Positions 19,130 to 27,845 of a stretch of DNA of 64,000 nt are shown in pieces (the first letter of the stretch is position 1; each line of letters starts with the position of its first letter). The notes below the pieces were generated by a model. That model made no database searches, had not been told where the DNA came from, and saw only the letters and a program-made list of their open reading frames with translations. The stretch is from Hellea sp. (GTDB lineage Bacteria; Pseudomonadota; Alphaproteobacteria; Caulobacterales; Maricaulaceae). Location of the stretch: contig JAHDDC010000005.1 in the NCBI GenBank assembly GCA_020629545.1, forward strand, positions 3,661 through 67,660, read 5' to 3'. The translations under genes were made by a program, and so were the position numbers.

Positions 19130-20271
19130 GAGTTGGAAACGCTTTCATCGGATCTGATAGACGCAACAAAAAGAACAAGCAGTAATGCGCCAAGAACCGC
19201 CGCTAGGTACAAAGGATTGGGGCTTCCCGCAGCGAGTAACTTGCCCCCTATCGTTCCGCCAAGCACCATGGATAATCCAAACGTTGCTGGCACCAAAACA
19301 ACTAGCTTTCTCGATGGATCAAATCTCGTAATAGCTGTCGTTGCATAGAGGCAACCCAATGTGAAACCAAATTCCCATACCCAGGAAGAGACCATAAAAA
19401 CTTTGAAATTGGGTGCAATTGTCATCCCTAAAACACCTAATGTTAATATCGTAAAGGCAACAATATGGGGTGGTTTAAATCCGCCTCTAGCACCGATAAA
19501 AGCTCCAACTGCGCCGGCTGCCCCGCCAAGCCATTTAAGAACGAGAAACATCAGACCAATCTCTTTCTCTGTAGGCTCGAAATTATTAGCTATCACAGCA
19601 AGAAAGAAGAAAAGGGCTACATTGACTAAAAGATAGATCAAAAACATTCCAATCATTATCCAGGCTTTATTTGCCACATTCCAAGATGGGTAAGGAATGC
19701 GCTCAGAATTTGCCTTTTCGGGCTTTTTCGGAAACAAAAATGCTCCAAGGCCCAATATAGCTGTAAAGCCAGCCATACCGATCATAGCTCCTGTGAAGCC
19801 GGATCTTGCGATGAAATAAACAGGAAGAACATATAGGAACGCAGCAATACTCCAAAGTTCTACGGTTAGACGGGTTCCATAAGCACGCTCAAGATCCGGC
19901 ATTTCAGCCAGAACCCGTGTGGCGAGACCGATGGCTAATGCGCAAGCAAACCCATAAACAAGGAAGCCAGCCAACATCGCCCCTTCTTGCGCTTGTGAAA
20001 TAAAGAGAAAAGTTCCGGCGGCAAAAACCGAAAATAAAATAGCTGATAATTTCCAGTGGACTTTATCAACCCAGAGCGGAGCCGTCACGGTTCCCGCCAA
20101 ATACCCCCACCCTGCTATGGAAGAAAGATTGCCCAGCTCTTTCGGATCGAATCCGAATTCAGAAGACATAGCTCCTAAAAGAAGCGGCATTGTATTGAAC
20201 ACTAGCCCGCCAATCGCAGATACCATGGATACGGCAATGATAACCGGCATTAAGTTCCGGGTCTGGCTCAT
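19126..20271 (-). CDS. MFS-like integral membrane transporter
   Basis: The 381-aa protein is multi-helix hydrophobic and is coupled to its neighbours. Confidence 0.65.
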   Translation of the reverse strand: MSQTRNLMPVIIAVSMVSAIGGLVFNTMPLLLGAMSSEFGFDPKELGNLSSIAGWGYLAGTVTAPLWVDKVHWKLSAILFSVFAAGTFLFISQAQEGAMLAGFLVYGFACALAIGLATRVLAEMPDLERAYGTRLTVELWSIAAFLYVLPVYFIARSGFTGAMIGMAGFTAILGLGAFLFPKKPEKANSERIPYPSWNVANKAWIMIGMFLIYLLVNVALFFFLAVIANNFEPTEKEIGLMFLVLKWLGGAAGAVGAFIGARGGFKPPHIVAFTILTLGVLGMTIAPNFKVFMVSSWVWEFGFTLGCLYATTAITRFDPSRKLVVLVPATFGLSMVLGGTIGGKLLAAGSPNPLYLAAVLGALLLVLFVASIRSDESVSNS

Positions 20272-20273
20272 TG

Positions 20274-21146
20274 CTAGTAGACTTTGGCTTGGCTAAACTC
20301 CGGGGGCGAGCCCAGCATCTCGCGGTAAGACGGTGGCTCTTTGCCTTCGTCCTTGAGGCCATATCGACTAGCTATTTCGGCTCCGATAAGAACCTTTCCG
20401 CTAATTTCCTGCGCCTTCGGGTCAGAGGCAATGGCATGAACAATATGCCCAGTAAATTGCGGGCTTTCTGCAACAGCCATTAACTCTTTATATTGCTCGG
20501 GGTGGACTTCGGCAGCTTGTAGAGCACGCTCGGTTTTAAGTGGTCCCATCCAAATCGATACAGCTTGAACATTAAAAGGTTCAAGATCGATTGACATATC
20601 ATGCGCAAACTTATCAACGCCGGCCTTTTGAGCGCCATAAGCTGGGCCGTGCATGTAACATGTACCGCCAAAAGACGATCCAAAAACAATCAAACCTGAC
20701 TTTTGTTCAGTCATGATTTTCGCAGCATGCCAACTCGCGACATAAGCTGAGCGCAAACCAACATCGAGAATTCTTTGTGCCGCGAGCTCTTTTTCCCAGA
20801 ATGGTTTAGGTTCTATGAGTTGATGATGGATAAAAGTGGCGTTATTGAAAAGAATATCCAGCCGCCCCTGCTCGCTTTTGATTTGCTCAAACAAATTGGC
20901 TACGGCTGTATCATCGCCGCTATCACAAATCACCGGGATACCTTTACCGCCAGCTTCTGTACAAAGCTGTGCTGTTTCGGCCACAGACCCAGGCAAAACT
21001 GTTCCATGCCAACCTTTATCCGTGCCGACTGTTTTGGTTCTACCAGTTACGTAGACCGTCATTCCTTTTTCAGCCAGACCAAGCGCAATTCCTTTACCGG
21101 CCCCGCGGCTCGCGCCTGTGACCAAAGCGATTTTTGGGTTCGACAT
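20274..21146 (-). CDS. Short-chain dehydrogenase/reductase
   Basis: It has TGASRGAGKG and YGAQKAG. I set the start to ATG 21146, preceded by GGAGG. The GTG at 21158 lies within that SD. Confidence 0.85.
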   Translation of the reverse strand: MSNPKIALVTGASRGAGKGIALGLAEKGMTVYVTGRTKTVGTDKGWHGTVLPGSVAETAQLCTEAGGKGIPVICDSGDDTAVANLFEQIKSEQGRLDILFNNATFIHHQLIEPKPFWEKELAAQRILDVGLRSAYVASWHAAKIMTEQKSGLIVFGSSFGGTCYMHGPAYGAQKAGVDKFAHDMSIDLEPFNVQAVSIWMGPLKTERALQAAEVHPEQYKELMAVAESPQFTGHIVHAIASDPKAQEISGKVLIGAEIASRYGLKDEGKEPPSYREMLGSPPEFSQAKVY

Positions 21147-21191
21147 AAATTCCTCCACCTTTTCACGACCTTTCTAACGATGCAGACAAAG

Positions 21192-21221
21192 TGCGCAATA
21201 TTTTCTTGGATTTACTACGCT
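21192..21221. promoter_or_regulatory. TGCGCA-N18-TACGCT inverted repeat (site B), SDR/KstD-like divergent region
   Basis: The sequence is TGCGCAatattttcttggatttacTACGCT. Confidence 0.65.
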
Positions 21222-21254
21222 TTTTGTGCCATTTTCCGCCAATATATAACAAAA

Positions 21255-21271
21255 TGCGTAGTTATTACGCA
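21255..21271. promoter_or_regulatory. TGCGTA-N5-TACGCA compact palindrome (B2), 33 bp from site B
   Basis: The sequence is TGCGTAgttatTACGCA. It ends 21 nt upstream of the KstD-like ATG. Confidence 0.55.
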
Positions 21272-21291
21272 AAATAGCGACGAATTTATTT

Positions 21292-22992
21292 ATGACTCCA
21301 CAAGACGAACATTGGTATACGAACGTAGAACCTGTCCACAAAATCGATAATATCAACGCCATAGAATGGGATGTCGAAGCTGATGTTGTTGTCGTCGGTT
21401 TGGGCGGCGCAGGCGTCGCTTGTGCTCTCCAATCGCTGGAACTTGGTAACTCAGTGATTGCGATCGATAAGTTTGAAGGCGGTGGCGCCACCAAAGCCAG
21501 CGGCGGAGTTATCTATGCCGGCGGCGGAACATCGATTCAGAAGGCTGCAGGCGTCGAAGACACGCCAGAGAATATGTTCAATTATCTTAAGATGGAAATC
21601 GGTGAAATTGTCTCCGATACGTGCTTGCAAGAGTTTTGCGATCAAAGCGCTGAGACTGTTGAGTGGATGATCGGACATAATGTTGATATGCGGCCGACCC
21701 TTTGGCCCAAGAAAACTTCTTTTCCGGGGCCAACATTTTTTCTATATCACTCCGATAATAGCCTAATTCCGACTTACAAGGCCAATGCCGAACCGGCGGC
21801 GCGAGGCCATCGGGGCTATGCGCCACTAGAACAAAGCAAAAAGGCAACCAATTTAGGCGGCGCATTTTATCACCCCCTTAAAGACAAGGCGCTCGATATG
21901 GGCATGAGGTTTTTTGACTACCATGAAGCGCGGCAACTCATAACCGATAGTTCGGGGCGAGTAGTCGGATTAAAAGTGCTGCGGTTTGCAAATTCTGATT
22001 CCAAAAACAAATATCTCGACCTTCGCGCGAAAGCTCACAAGCTCATGGTGCGATTCCCTGCTATAATTCCGGGTGCAAAATTTTTCCTCAAGCGCGCTAT
22101 TAAAATGTTGGCGCAAGCGTCTAAACTTGAGACGGCGCGTGAGGCCGTTTTTATCAAAGCTCACAAAGGTGTTCTGTTATCATCGGGCGGATTCGTTTTT
22201 AACTCCAAAATGTTGAAACATTACGCGCCCAAATATACTCGGGCTTATCCATTAGGAACCGATGGAGACAATGGGGCTGGCATTCGTCTGGGACAGACCG
22301 CCGGCGGGGCTGTGGCCAATATGGACCGAATGACCGCCTGGCGGTTTATCAATCCGCCGCTTTCATTTGCAAAAGGAATGATCGTCAATCTCTCGGGAAA
22401 ACGATTTACAAATGAAATGGTTTACGGCGCCACACTTGGCGTGAATATGGTAGAAAACCATGACGGCGAAGCGTGGATGATCATGGACAAGGCTATTCTC
22501 AATAAGGCCTTAGAGGAAGTTGAGGGTGACAAGGCCCTGGATTTCCAAAGACAACTTGCCCAACTCAATGCCCGCTTTGGAACAAAAAAAGCCAAAACAT
22601 TAGCGCAACTCGCTCACAAAATCGGTATTCCTTCTCAAGCTTTAGGGGCCGAAGTCGCAGCGTATAATAGTTTTGCGAAATCCGGCAAAGATCCCTTTGG
22701 AAAGGCTGCTGACGATATATCCACAATTGGAATAGCACCATTTATCGCAATCAATATTGGACTATCAGCGAAACTGTTCCCTTGCCCTGCCTTAACGCTT
22801 GGTGGCTTGAAAGTCGATGAGTCGAGTGGTGCTGTACTGGATGATCGCAATAAATCCATAGGCGGGCTTTATGCTGCGGGTCGCAATGCAATTGGAGTCG
22901 CATCTTGGAATTATGTCAGCGGATTATCAATTGCCGATGGAATCTATTCTGGTCGGCGTGCCGCCCGATCAATGGCGAAGTCAAAAGCCTAA
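21292..22992 (+). CDS. FAD-dependent 3-ketosteroid dehydrogenase-like flavoprotein (KstD/TesH/TesI family)
   Basis: It has the dinucleotide fold DVVVVGLGGAGVACAL plus GGATKASGG. Its 566 aa fits the fumarate-reductase-like flavoprotein layout. Confidence 0.7.
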   Translation: MTPQDEHWYTNVEPVHKIDNINAIEWDVEADVVVVGLGGAGVACALQSLELGNSVIAIDKFEGGGATKASGGVIYAGGGTSIQKAAGVEDTPENMFNYLKMEIGEIVSDTCLQEFCDQSAETVEWMIGHNVDMRPTLWPKKTSFPGPTFFLYHSDNSLIPTYKANAEPAARGHRGYAPLEQSKKATNLGGAFYHPLKDKALDMGMRFFDYHEARQLITDSSGRVVGLKVLRFANSDSKNKYLDLRAKAHKLMVRFPAIIPGAKFFLKRAIKMLAQASKLETAREAVFIKAHKGVLLSSGGFVFNSKMLKHYAPKYTRAYPLGTDGDNGAGIRLGQTAGGAVANMDRMTAWRFINPPLSFAKGMIVNLSGKRFTNEMVYGATLGVNMVENHDGEAWMIMDKAILNKALEEVEGDKALDFQRQLAQLNARFGTKKAKTLAQLAHKIGIPSQALGAEVAAYNSFAKSGKDPFGKAADDISTIGIAPFIAINIGLSAKLFPCPALTLGGLKVDESSGAVLDDRNKSIGGLYAAGRNAIGVASWNYVSGLSIADGIYSGRRAARSMAKSKA

Positions 22993-23456
22993 GGTACGAT
23001 AATTTTCGCAAGACGATTATTATATTTAATCACGTCTACGGCAACCGTCGTTTCGACAAGCCTAACGCCTTCCAGATCCAGGATTTGATTGCTGGCGACA
23101 CGATGAACTTCCGGGAGCCCCTCGAATAGCCCGATAGCAAGAATATCAAACCGGCCCAATAAGATAATGACGCCGTTTATTTCCGGTATTTTCGCAACAT
23201 TCTTAGCAACCTTTTTGATCTGTCCTTGTTCGGCGTGTATCCCAATATAGGCTAGTTGTGGACGATCCAAATGCGCCATATTTGTGACGGCCGTAAAACG
23301 AATGTAGTTCTCTTCTTCAAGACGTTTAACCCTCGAACGTATAGTGCCCTCAGTGTAACCGAGTTCGGTCGCAATCTTACGATTAGATAGTCTGGCATCA
23401 CCAGATAAAAGCTCGATAATTTCCCGATCGAGATCGTCAATATTGTAATCATTCAT
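22989..23456 (-). CDS. Lrp/AsnC-family transcriptional regulator (second of a tandem pair)
   Basis: It has an N-terminal HTH (LDREIIELLSGDARLSNRKIATELGYTEGTIRSRVKRL) followed by a RAM-like domain. Its ATG overlaps the stop of the upstream paralog (TGATG). Confidence 0.85.
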   Translation of the reverse strand: MNDYNIDDLDREIIELLSGDARLSNRKIATELGYTEGTIRSRVKRLEEENYIRFTAVTNMAHLDRPQLAYIGIHAEQGQIKKVAKNVAKIPEINGVIILLGRFDILAIGLFEGLPEVHRVASNQILDLEGVRLVETTVAVDVIKYNNRLAKIIVP

Positions 23457-23917
23457 CAGATCGGTGCCACGTCAAAATCGAACTTGATTATATCGACCGC
23501 AAACGAAGGATCGATACTCCTAACGCCCTTAACTTTGGACAGTTTCTCAAGAAGAAAATCACTCATATTTTCTAGGCTAGGTAAAGTCACAAGAATTTCA
23601 ATATCGTGCTTCCCACTGACTAATTGTACGCTAGCGACCTCTTCCAAGCCGGCCAAATCTTGCGCAACATCATTTGCACGACGTCCCTTTACGTCTACGC
23701 CGATCGGAAGCAGGACATCATAATTGTAGGCTGAAAAGTCAGACACAGCGACAATTTTCATTGCCTGTGCTTTTTCCATTTTTCGAATTCGGGAGGCGAT
23801 GACGGTTGTCGTCACATCCAACAATTCCGCAATACGATGATTACTCGTCCTGCCGTCCTGTTTGAGAATTTCAATTATTTTCAAATCGATATCTGAAAAC
23901 TCATATGACACAGTCAT
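23456..23917 (-). CDS. Lrp/AsnC-family transcriptional regulator (first of a tandem pair)
   Basis: It has an HTH (LKIIEILKQDGRTSNHRIAELLDVTTTVIASRIRKM) followed by a RAM-like domain. Confidence 0.85.
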   Translation of the reverse strand: MTVSYEFSDIDLKIIEILKQDGRTSNHRIAELLDVTTTVIASRIRKMEKAQAMKIVAVSDFSAYNYDVLLPIGVDVKGRRANDVAQDLAGLEEVASVQLVSGKHDIEILVTLPSLENMSDFLLEKLSKVKGVRSIDPSFAVDIIKFDFDVAPI

Positions 23918-23975
23918 GAGAATAGCCCCTTAGCCAGTTCGTCATCCCTTGCACCTTTATAAGGAAAAATGCAAG

Positions 23976-24009
23976 AGTGCGTAATTCTACCCCCTCAAAA
24001 ATACGCACT
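23976..24009. promoter_or_regulatory. AGTGCGTA-N18-TACGCACT inverted repeat (site C), upstream of the AsnC pair
   Basis: It has perfect 8-bp arms. It lies 59-92 nt upstream of the ATG at 23917. Confidence 0.7.
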
Positions 24010-24038
24010 CCTCAATGTTTCTCTGCAAAAAACATACC

Positions 24039-24050
24039 TTTTGCGCAAAA
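24039..24050. promoter_or_regulatory. TTTTGCGCAAAA perfect 12-bp palindrome
   Basis: It lies just downstream of the DUF3604 stop and upstream of site C. A related TTTTGCGCAAA is at 31746-31756. Confidence 0.45.
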
Positions 24051-24054
24051 ATAA

Positions 24055-25959
24055 CTATGGCTGCACCCAAATAGCAGATGTCCATAAACGATCTTGAACC
24101 GTCGCTTTCATATCCGGATTTGGCGGGGTACCGTTTCGTACCGCGTCCCATGTACTCCAGCGACATTTTGGATTTTCTATAACCCGTGCATAATATGCAA
24201 CGCGCTGTCCGGGCTTGTAGCTAGGGTCTTTCCAGATCGCTTTCAAGTCCGCTGATCCTGTTTCATCATTCGTTTTACAATTACTTAAATCCACACTTGC
24301 GCCATTGTCTGGACAACGATGGCTTGCCGCGTCAGGTTCTGCACCGCCAGCACACGCAATATCGAAAATCGCTTCTTTATAGTCCCCTCCATCTGCCCAA
24401 ACTTTTATCACCTGAACGCGTTGTAATGGGTAACCAGCAGGATCTTTCATAGCCCAAACAATAAAATCCGGAGATTCCGTATCACCATTAATCGTACTTC
24501 CCATTGGGGAGCCTCCTGCATAGGCCTGTTCGACCATATCCGTCGATTCTAAAATAGATGGATTGTAATCGCCTGCAAAAAACCGTGCTTTAAGCCGTGG
24601 GCCGGACGTCGCGAAAGTTTCCTTACGCCGCATCCCATCAAAGATATGCTCGCGCGTATTTGCTTCAGCCCATACCCCTGCGAGGCCAGAAGCCCCATAT
24701 TGCGAAGATGCGATAAACGCCAAAGCTTCCTGTGTTTGTTTTTCACCCCATTCTTTGGCGCCATCCGGTGGAACAGAACCCCGGTTTTCCAAAGTCGTAT
24801 CATGAGGAAATTTTCCAAAATGTTCTTTCTCTGACAATGAAGGCGCGCTGACATGAGTATCTGACGCTCCAATAAAGCCAAACTCATAAGGATTAGCACC
24901 CAATTTTTCCTCAAACTCCAACCCACGAGCCAATGATTGTCTTACAAAACTACCTGGGACCTTTTGGGCTTCTTCTGGCATACCGATCAGAATTTCATAA
25001 AGCTCATGATCGGCAAGCTCATCTTCAGGTGATAATAATGGATGGGTTTCCGATGTACCTTTAACTTGTGTCATTTCAACTATAGGCTCATTAAGCATAC
25101 GGTTCTTAGCATAGCTTTCTGTAAACGCTGATCCATCGGTCGTGGTCATGGCAAACATTTGCCCGTTTGAGCCATTTGAATTGTGCGGAATAGCGATTAC
25201 ATCCATCCCATTCGCACGAGTATCATTCATCCAGCTCCAAAGATCTTCGGGGTTAGTTGAGTTCAAAGTTGAAAATAGACGGGTCGGGGCTTTGTCTTTG
25301 AAGACAACGTTCCGGTGGAGATTGGTTGCGCCAAGATTGTCATCGATCTCGCCAATAATATTCATTTGAGTATATTCATAGGCCGCGAAAGTCGTAAATT
25401 TACCTGGCTCATAGTGCTTTTCAGCGGCATTTACATTGAATGCCCAGGCGCTGTCGATAAATTCAAGATCATAGATATCTTCAATCTCCTCGCCCGTAAC
25501 AATGGTTGTCCCAATATCCATAAAGGCCTGCATACGAGCATCGGTCCCGCCCCCGAGAAGACCAAATATTGATTTCCCCGTTTTTGTTTTCGTGAGCGGG
25601 TCCTTGCTTGTCCGAGCATCCATAGCAGCAATCACGCCCATATATTCTCCGTGATCGGTTACACCATAAAAATCCAGAGGAGGTCCCGAAATCGAGATTG
25701 CCTCACCCGCGCCATTATCAATGGTTTCACCTTTAGCAAATCGGTATGCATCATCGGCGGTTGTTCGGGTTCCCGTTATATAAGCATCAAATGAGTTTTT
25801 TGTATGAACATGTAAATCACCGAAATAGGCGTTCTTTAGCGGGTTTTCAGTGATCTCGATTGACGGACGATCCGGATACTCGACGGTGTATATGGTTCGC
25901 TCTGTTTTGTTACACGCGGAAAGTGCAATCAAAGATGTGCAAATGATCAGTTTTTTCAT
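24055..25959 (-). CDS. Exported DUF3604-family protein (PHP-like metal-hydrolase motifs), lipoprotein
   Basis: I set the start to ATG 25959 (MKKLIICTSLIALSAC lipobox), preceded by GAGGGGG. Motifs are GDLHVHT, GVTDHGE, IPHNSN, GASDTH and ATSGPR. The longer ORF overlaps the upstream crotonase. Confidence 0.7.
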   Translation of the reverse strand: MKKLIICTSLIALSACNKTERTIYTVEYPDRPSIEITENPLKNAYFGDLHVHTKNSFDAYITGTRTTADDAYRFAKGETIDNGAGEAISISGPPLDFYGVTDHGEYMGVIAAMDARTSKDPLTKTKTGKSIFGLLGGGTDARMQAFMDIGTTIVTGEEIEDIYDLEFIDSAWAFNVNAAEKHYEPGKFTTFAAYEYTQMNIIGEIDDNLGATNLHRNVVFKDKAPTRLFSTLNSTNPEDLWSWMNDTRANGMDVIAIPHNSNGSNGQMFAMTTTDGSAFTESYAKNRMLNEPIVEMTQVKGTSETHPLLSPEDELADHELYEILIGMPEEAQKVPGSFVRQSLARGLEFEEKLGANPYEFGFIGASDTHVSAPSLSEKEHFGKFPHDTTLENRGSVPPDGAKEWGEKQTQEALAFIASSQYGASGLAGVWAEANTREHIFDGMRRKETFATSGPRLKARFFAGDYNPSILESTDMVEQAYAGGSPMGSTINGDTESPDFIVWAMKDPAGYPLQRVQVIKVWADGGDYKEAIFDIACAGGAEPDAASHRCPDNGASVDLSNCKTNDETGSADLKAIWKDPSYKPGQRVAYYARVIENPKCRWSTWDAVRNGTPPNPDMKATVQDRLWTSAIWVQP

Positions 25960-25972
25960 AGTATTCCCCCTC

Positions 25973-26791
25973 TTAGCGCCCTTTCCATACAGGCTTTCTT
26001 TTTTCGACAAAGGCATTAATGCCCTCCATTGCGTCTTCGCTCTCACGCCAGCGCGCGAATTCCGGATAACTTTCTTGAAGATCCTGAGCGGTTTTCAAAT
26101 CGACCTCGTCAAGACCCCGCAAGACTGTAGCCTTGGACGCCTGCACGGATATTGGCGCTCCTTTTAGGATATCATCACAATAGCCATCAACAACTGACTC
26201 AAGACTTTCAGGTGCTACAACCTCATTCACAAAGCCTAGCCGGTATCCTTCGGCTGCAGTCACGCTTCGGGATGTCAATATCATCCCCATGGCTTGTTTC
26301 AAGCCTATCTGGCGCGGGAGTCTATGCAGCCCCCCTCCCAGCGCAACGGCTCCGACTTTTGGCTCAGGTAATCCAAAAGTCGCAGTTTCAGACGCTATGA
26401 TCATGTCACAAGCCAGCGCAAGCTCAAATCCTCCGCCCAGTGCAAAACCGTTGACCATAGCGATGACTGGCTTGGCGAGATCAAATCGATTGGCAATGCC
26501 CGCATATCCGCCCTGTGGATAGGCATTACCAAGCCCTGACTTAAGATCGCTTCCGGCGCAAAAGGCTTTGGGCCCTGTCCCTGTTACAACGCAGATCAAT
26601 TGCGTCTCATCGGCTGTGAAATTATCAAATGCTTTATCCAGTGCTGCATGCATATCCGGGGTCAGCGTGTTAAGCTGATCCGGACGATTAAGAGTAATCC
26701 GGGTAACGGGCCCTATGCGTGATATGACTATCTCAGACAAACTAACCCGTTTTTTTATCGATTTTGAGTTTGGTAATATTTTTTCCGCCAT
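25973..26791 (-). CDS. Enoyl-CoA hydratase/isomerase family
   Basis: It has ITLNRPDQLNTL and GPKAFCAGSDLK. The start is uncertain. ATG 26791 overlaps the Rieske gene end by 50 nt, and a TTG just after the Rieske stop is the alternative. Confidence 0.75.
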   Translation of the reverse strand: MAEKILPNSKSIKKRVSLSEIVISRIGPVTRITLNRPDQLNTLTPDMHAALDKAFDNFTADETQLICVVTGTGPKAFCAGSDLKSGLGNAYPQGGYAGIANRFDLAKPVIAMVNGFALGGGFELALACDMIIASETATFGLPEPKVGAVALGGGLHRLPRQIGLKQAMGMILTSRSVTAAEGYRLGFVNEVVAPESLESVVDGYCDDILKGAPISVQASKATVLRGLDEVDLKTAQDLQESYPEFARWRESEDAMEGINAFVEKRKPVWKGR

Positions 26792-27845
26792 CTTCCCATT
26801 CGGCATAGAACTGCGCAAAAAACTTGCGAAATGGCAGGATAGGTCCATCTCCATCACAAATACTGGGTTTGGGTTTATACTTTTGACGGTCCCAAACCAC
26901 CTTGTCCTGATCCAGCTGCCGACAGATTTCACGTTTCATAGCCTTTGCGAGATTTGCCATAGGACCTTCGGCTTCTGACTTTGGCTGTGTAAATGCGAAA
27001 CGAATATGGGTTCGTCCTTGGTCTATTGGAGTAATACCCGCGATCATGAGTGTTTCGGAAATGCCAGAAAACTTGGTCCAGCTTTGCCCAGCTCCGACAG
27101 TCCCATAAGCAATAGTGCCGTCAACTTCGCCCTTAGGGGTCGGCATTTTGGCGTCGACACTTGCAGAACGTCTATGGCCATCAAATTCGAAATCATAGTC
27201 CGGAAAATTCGCCGTTCCATGAATATATTTAAAGTGAGCCGCATCAACACCGTTCTCCGCCATGTTCTGAACAGGGCCGTGGACGATCCATTCATATTTA
27301 TCATAATCCGTCCAATCAGGATCATGAACTTGATCGAAACTGTCAGGCTCCCATTTTGGAGCCTCGCCAAATGGGTGATACCAAACTAGTATCTGCTTGT
27401 TTACCTCAGACACAGGCCATTGAATTTTGCATTCACGGGCCGCAGATGGGGGTATTTTTTTGGCATAAGGCACATGGGTAACAGCGCCACTTCCATTATA
27501 TTCCCAGGCATGAAATGGACATTCGAGCGCGTTTCCATTTACGCGGCCACCATACCCCATATGCGCGCCCAAATGCTTGCAGTAAGCATCTATCACCCGC
27601 GGCTTGCCATCGTTGCCGCGCCATAGAACCAGTTCTTGCCCGAAATAATGAATGGGAAGAACTTGTCCTAGTTCAAGTTCGTCGGAATATGCCACCATGA
27701 ACCAGCCAAACGGTAAAGGAAGTGTGTCGAGATTGCGGTCGGAATTGCTAACCTCAGTCTTAATGCTGGACATTCTCCAATCTCTAAGGTCATCGCCCTT
27801 TAAACCGGAAAGTTGTGCCCAAACTGCAACCGACTCATCTGCCAT
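26742..27845 (-). CDS. Rieske [2Fe-2S] non-heme-iron oxygenase, KshA-like
   Basis: It has the Rieske motif CKHLGAH...CPFHAW. It is a single large alpha subunit of about 367 aa with no beta subunit. The ATG overlaps the upstream stop (TAATG). Confidence 0.8.
   Translation of the reverse strand: MADESVAVWAQLSGLKGDDLRDWRMSSIKTEVSNSDRNLDTLPLPFGWFMVAYSDELELGQVLPIHYFGQELVLWRGNDGKPRVIDAYCKHLGAHMGYGGRVNGNALECPFHAWEYNGSGAVTHVPYAKKIPPSAARECKIQWPVSEVNKQILVWYHPFGEAPKWEPDSFDQVHDPDWTDYDKYEWIVHGPVQNMAENGVDAAHFKYIHGTANFPDYDFEFDGHRRSASVDAKMPTPKGEVDGTIAYGTVGAGQSWTKFSGISETLMIAGITPIDQGRTHIRFAFTQPKSEAEGPMANLAKAMKREICRQLDQDKVVWDRQKYKPKPSICDGDGPILPFRKFFAQFYAEWEDGGKNITKLKIDKKTG

Noticed and set aside
20141-20157. 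An inverted repeat TTCGGAT-cga-ATCCGAA resembles the TetR-type palindrome core.
   Set aside because: It lies inside the coding region of the MFS-like gene and encodes FGFDP. Its arm order and spacing differ from the three intergenic copies, so it is probably chance.
25960-26046. Several ORF-track calls have long N-terminal extensions. Examples are 24055-26046, 25973-26932, 42494-43336, 43167-44219, 2092-3075, 3818-4696, 36758-37177 and 60523-61086.
   Set aside because: The extensions overlap neighbouring genes, lack family-typical sequence, and often begin at TTG or GTG. Internal ATGs with SD sequences and proper signal peptides or N-terminal motifs give tidy operon junctions, so I used the shorter models.
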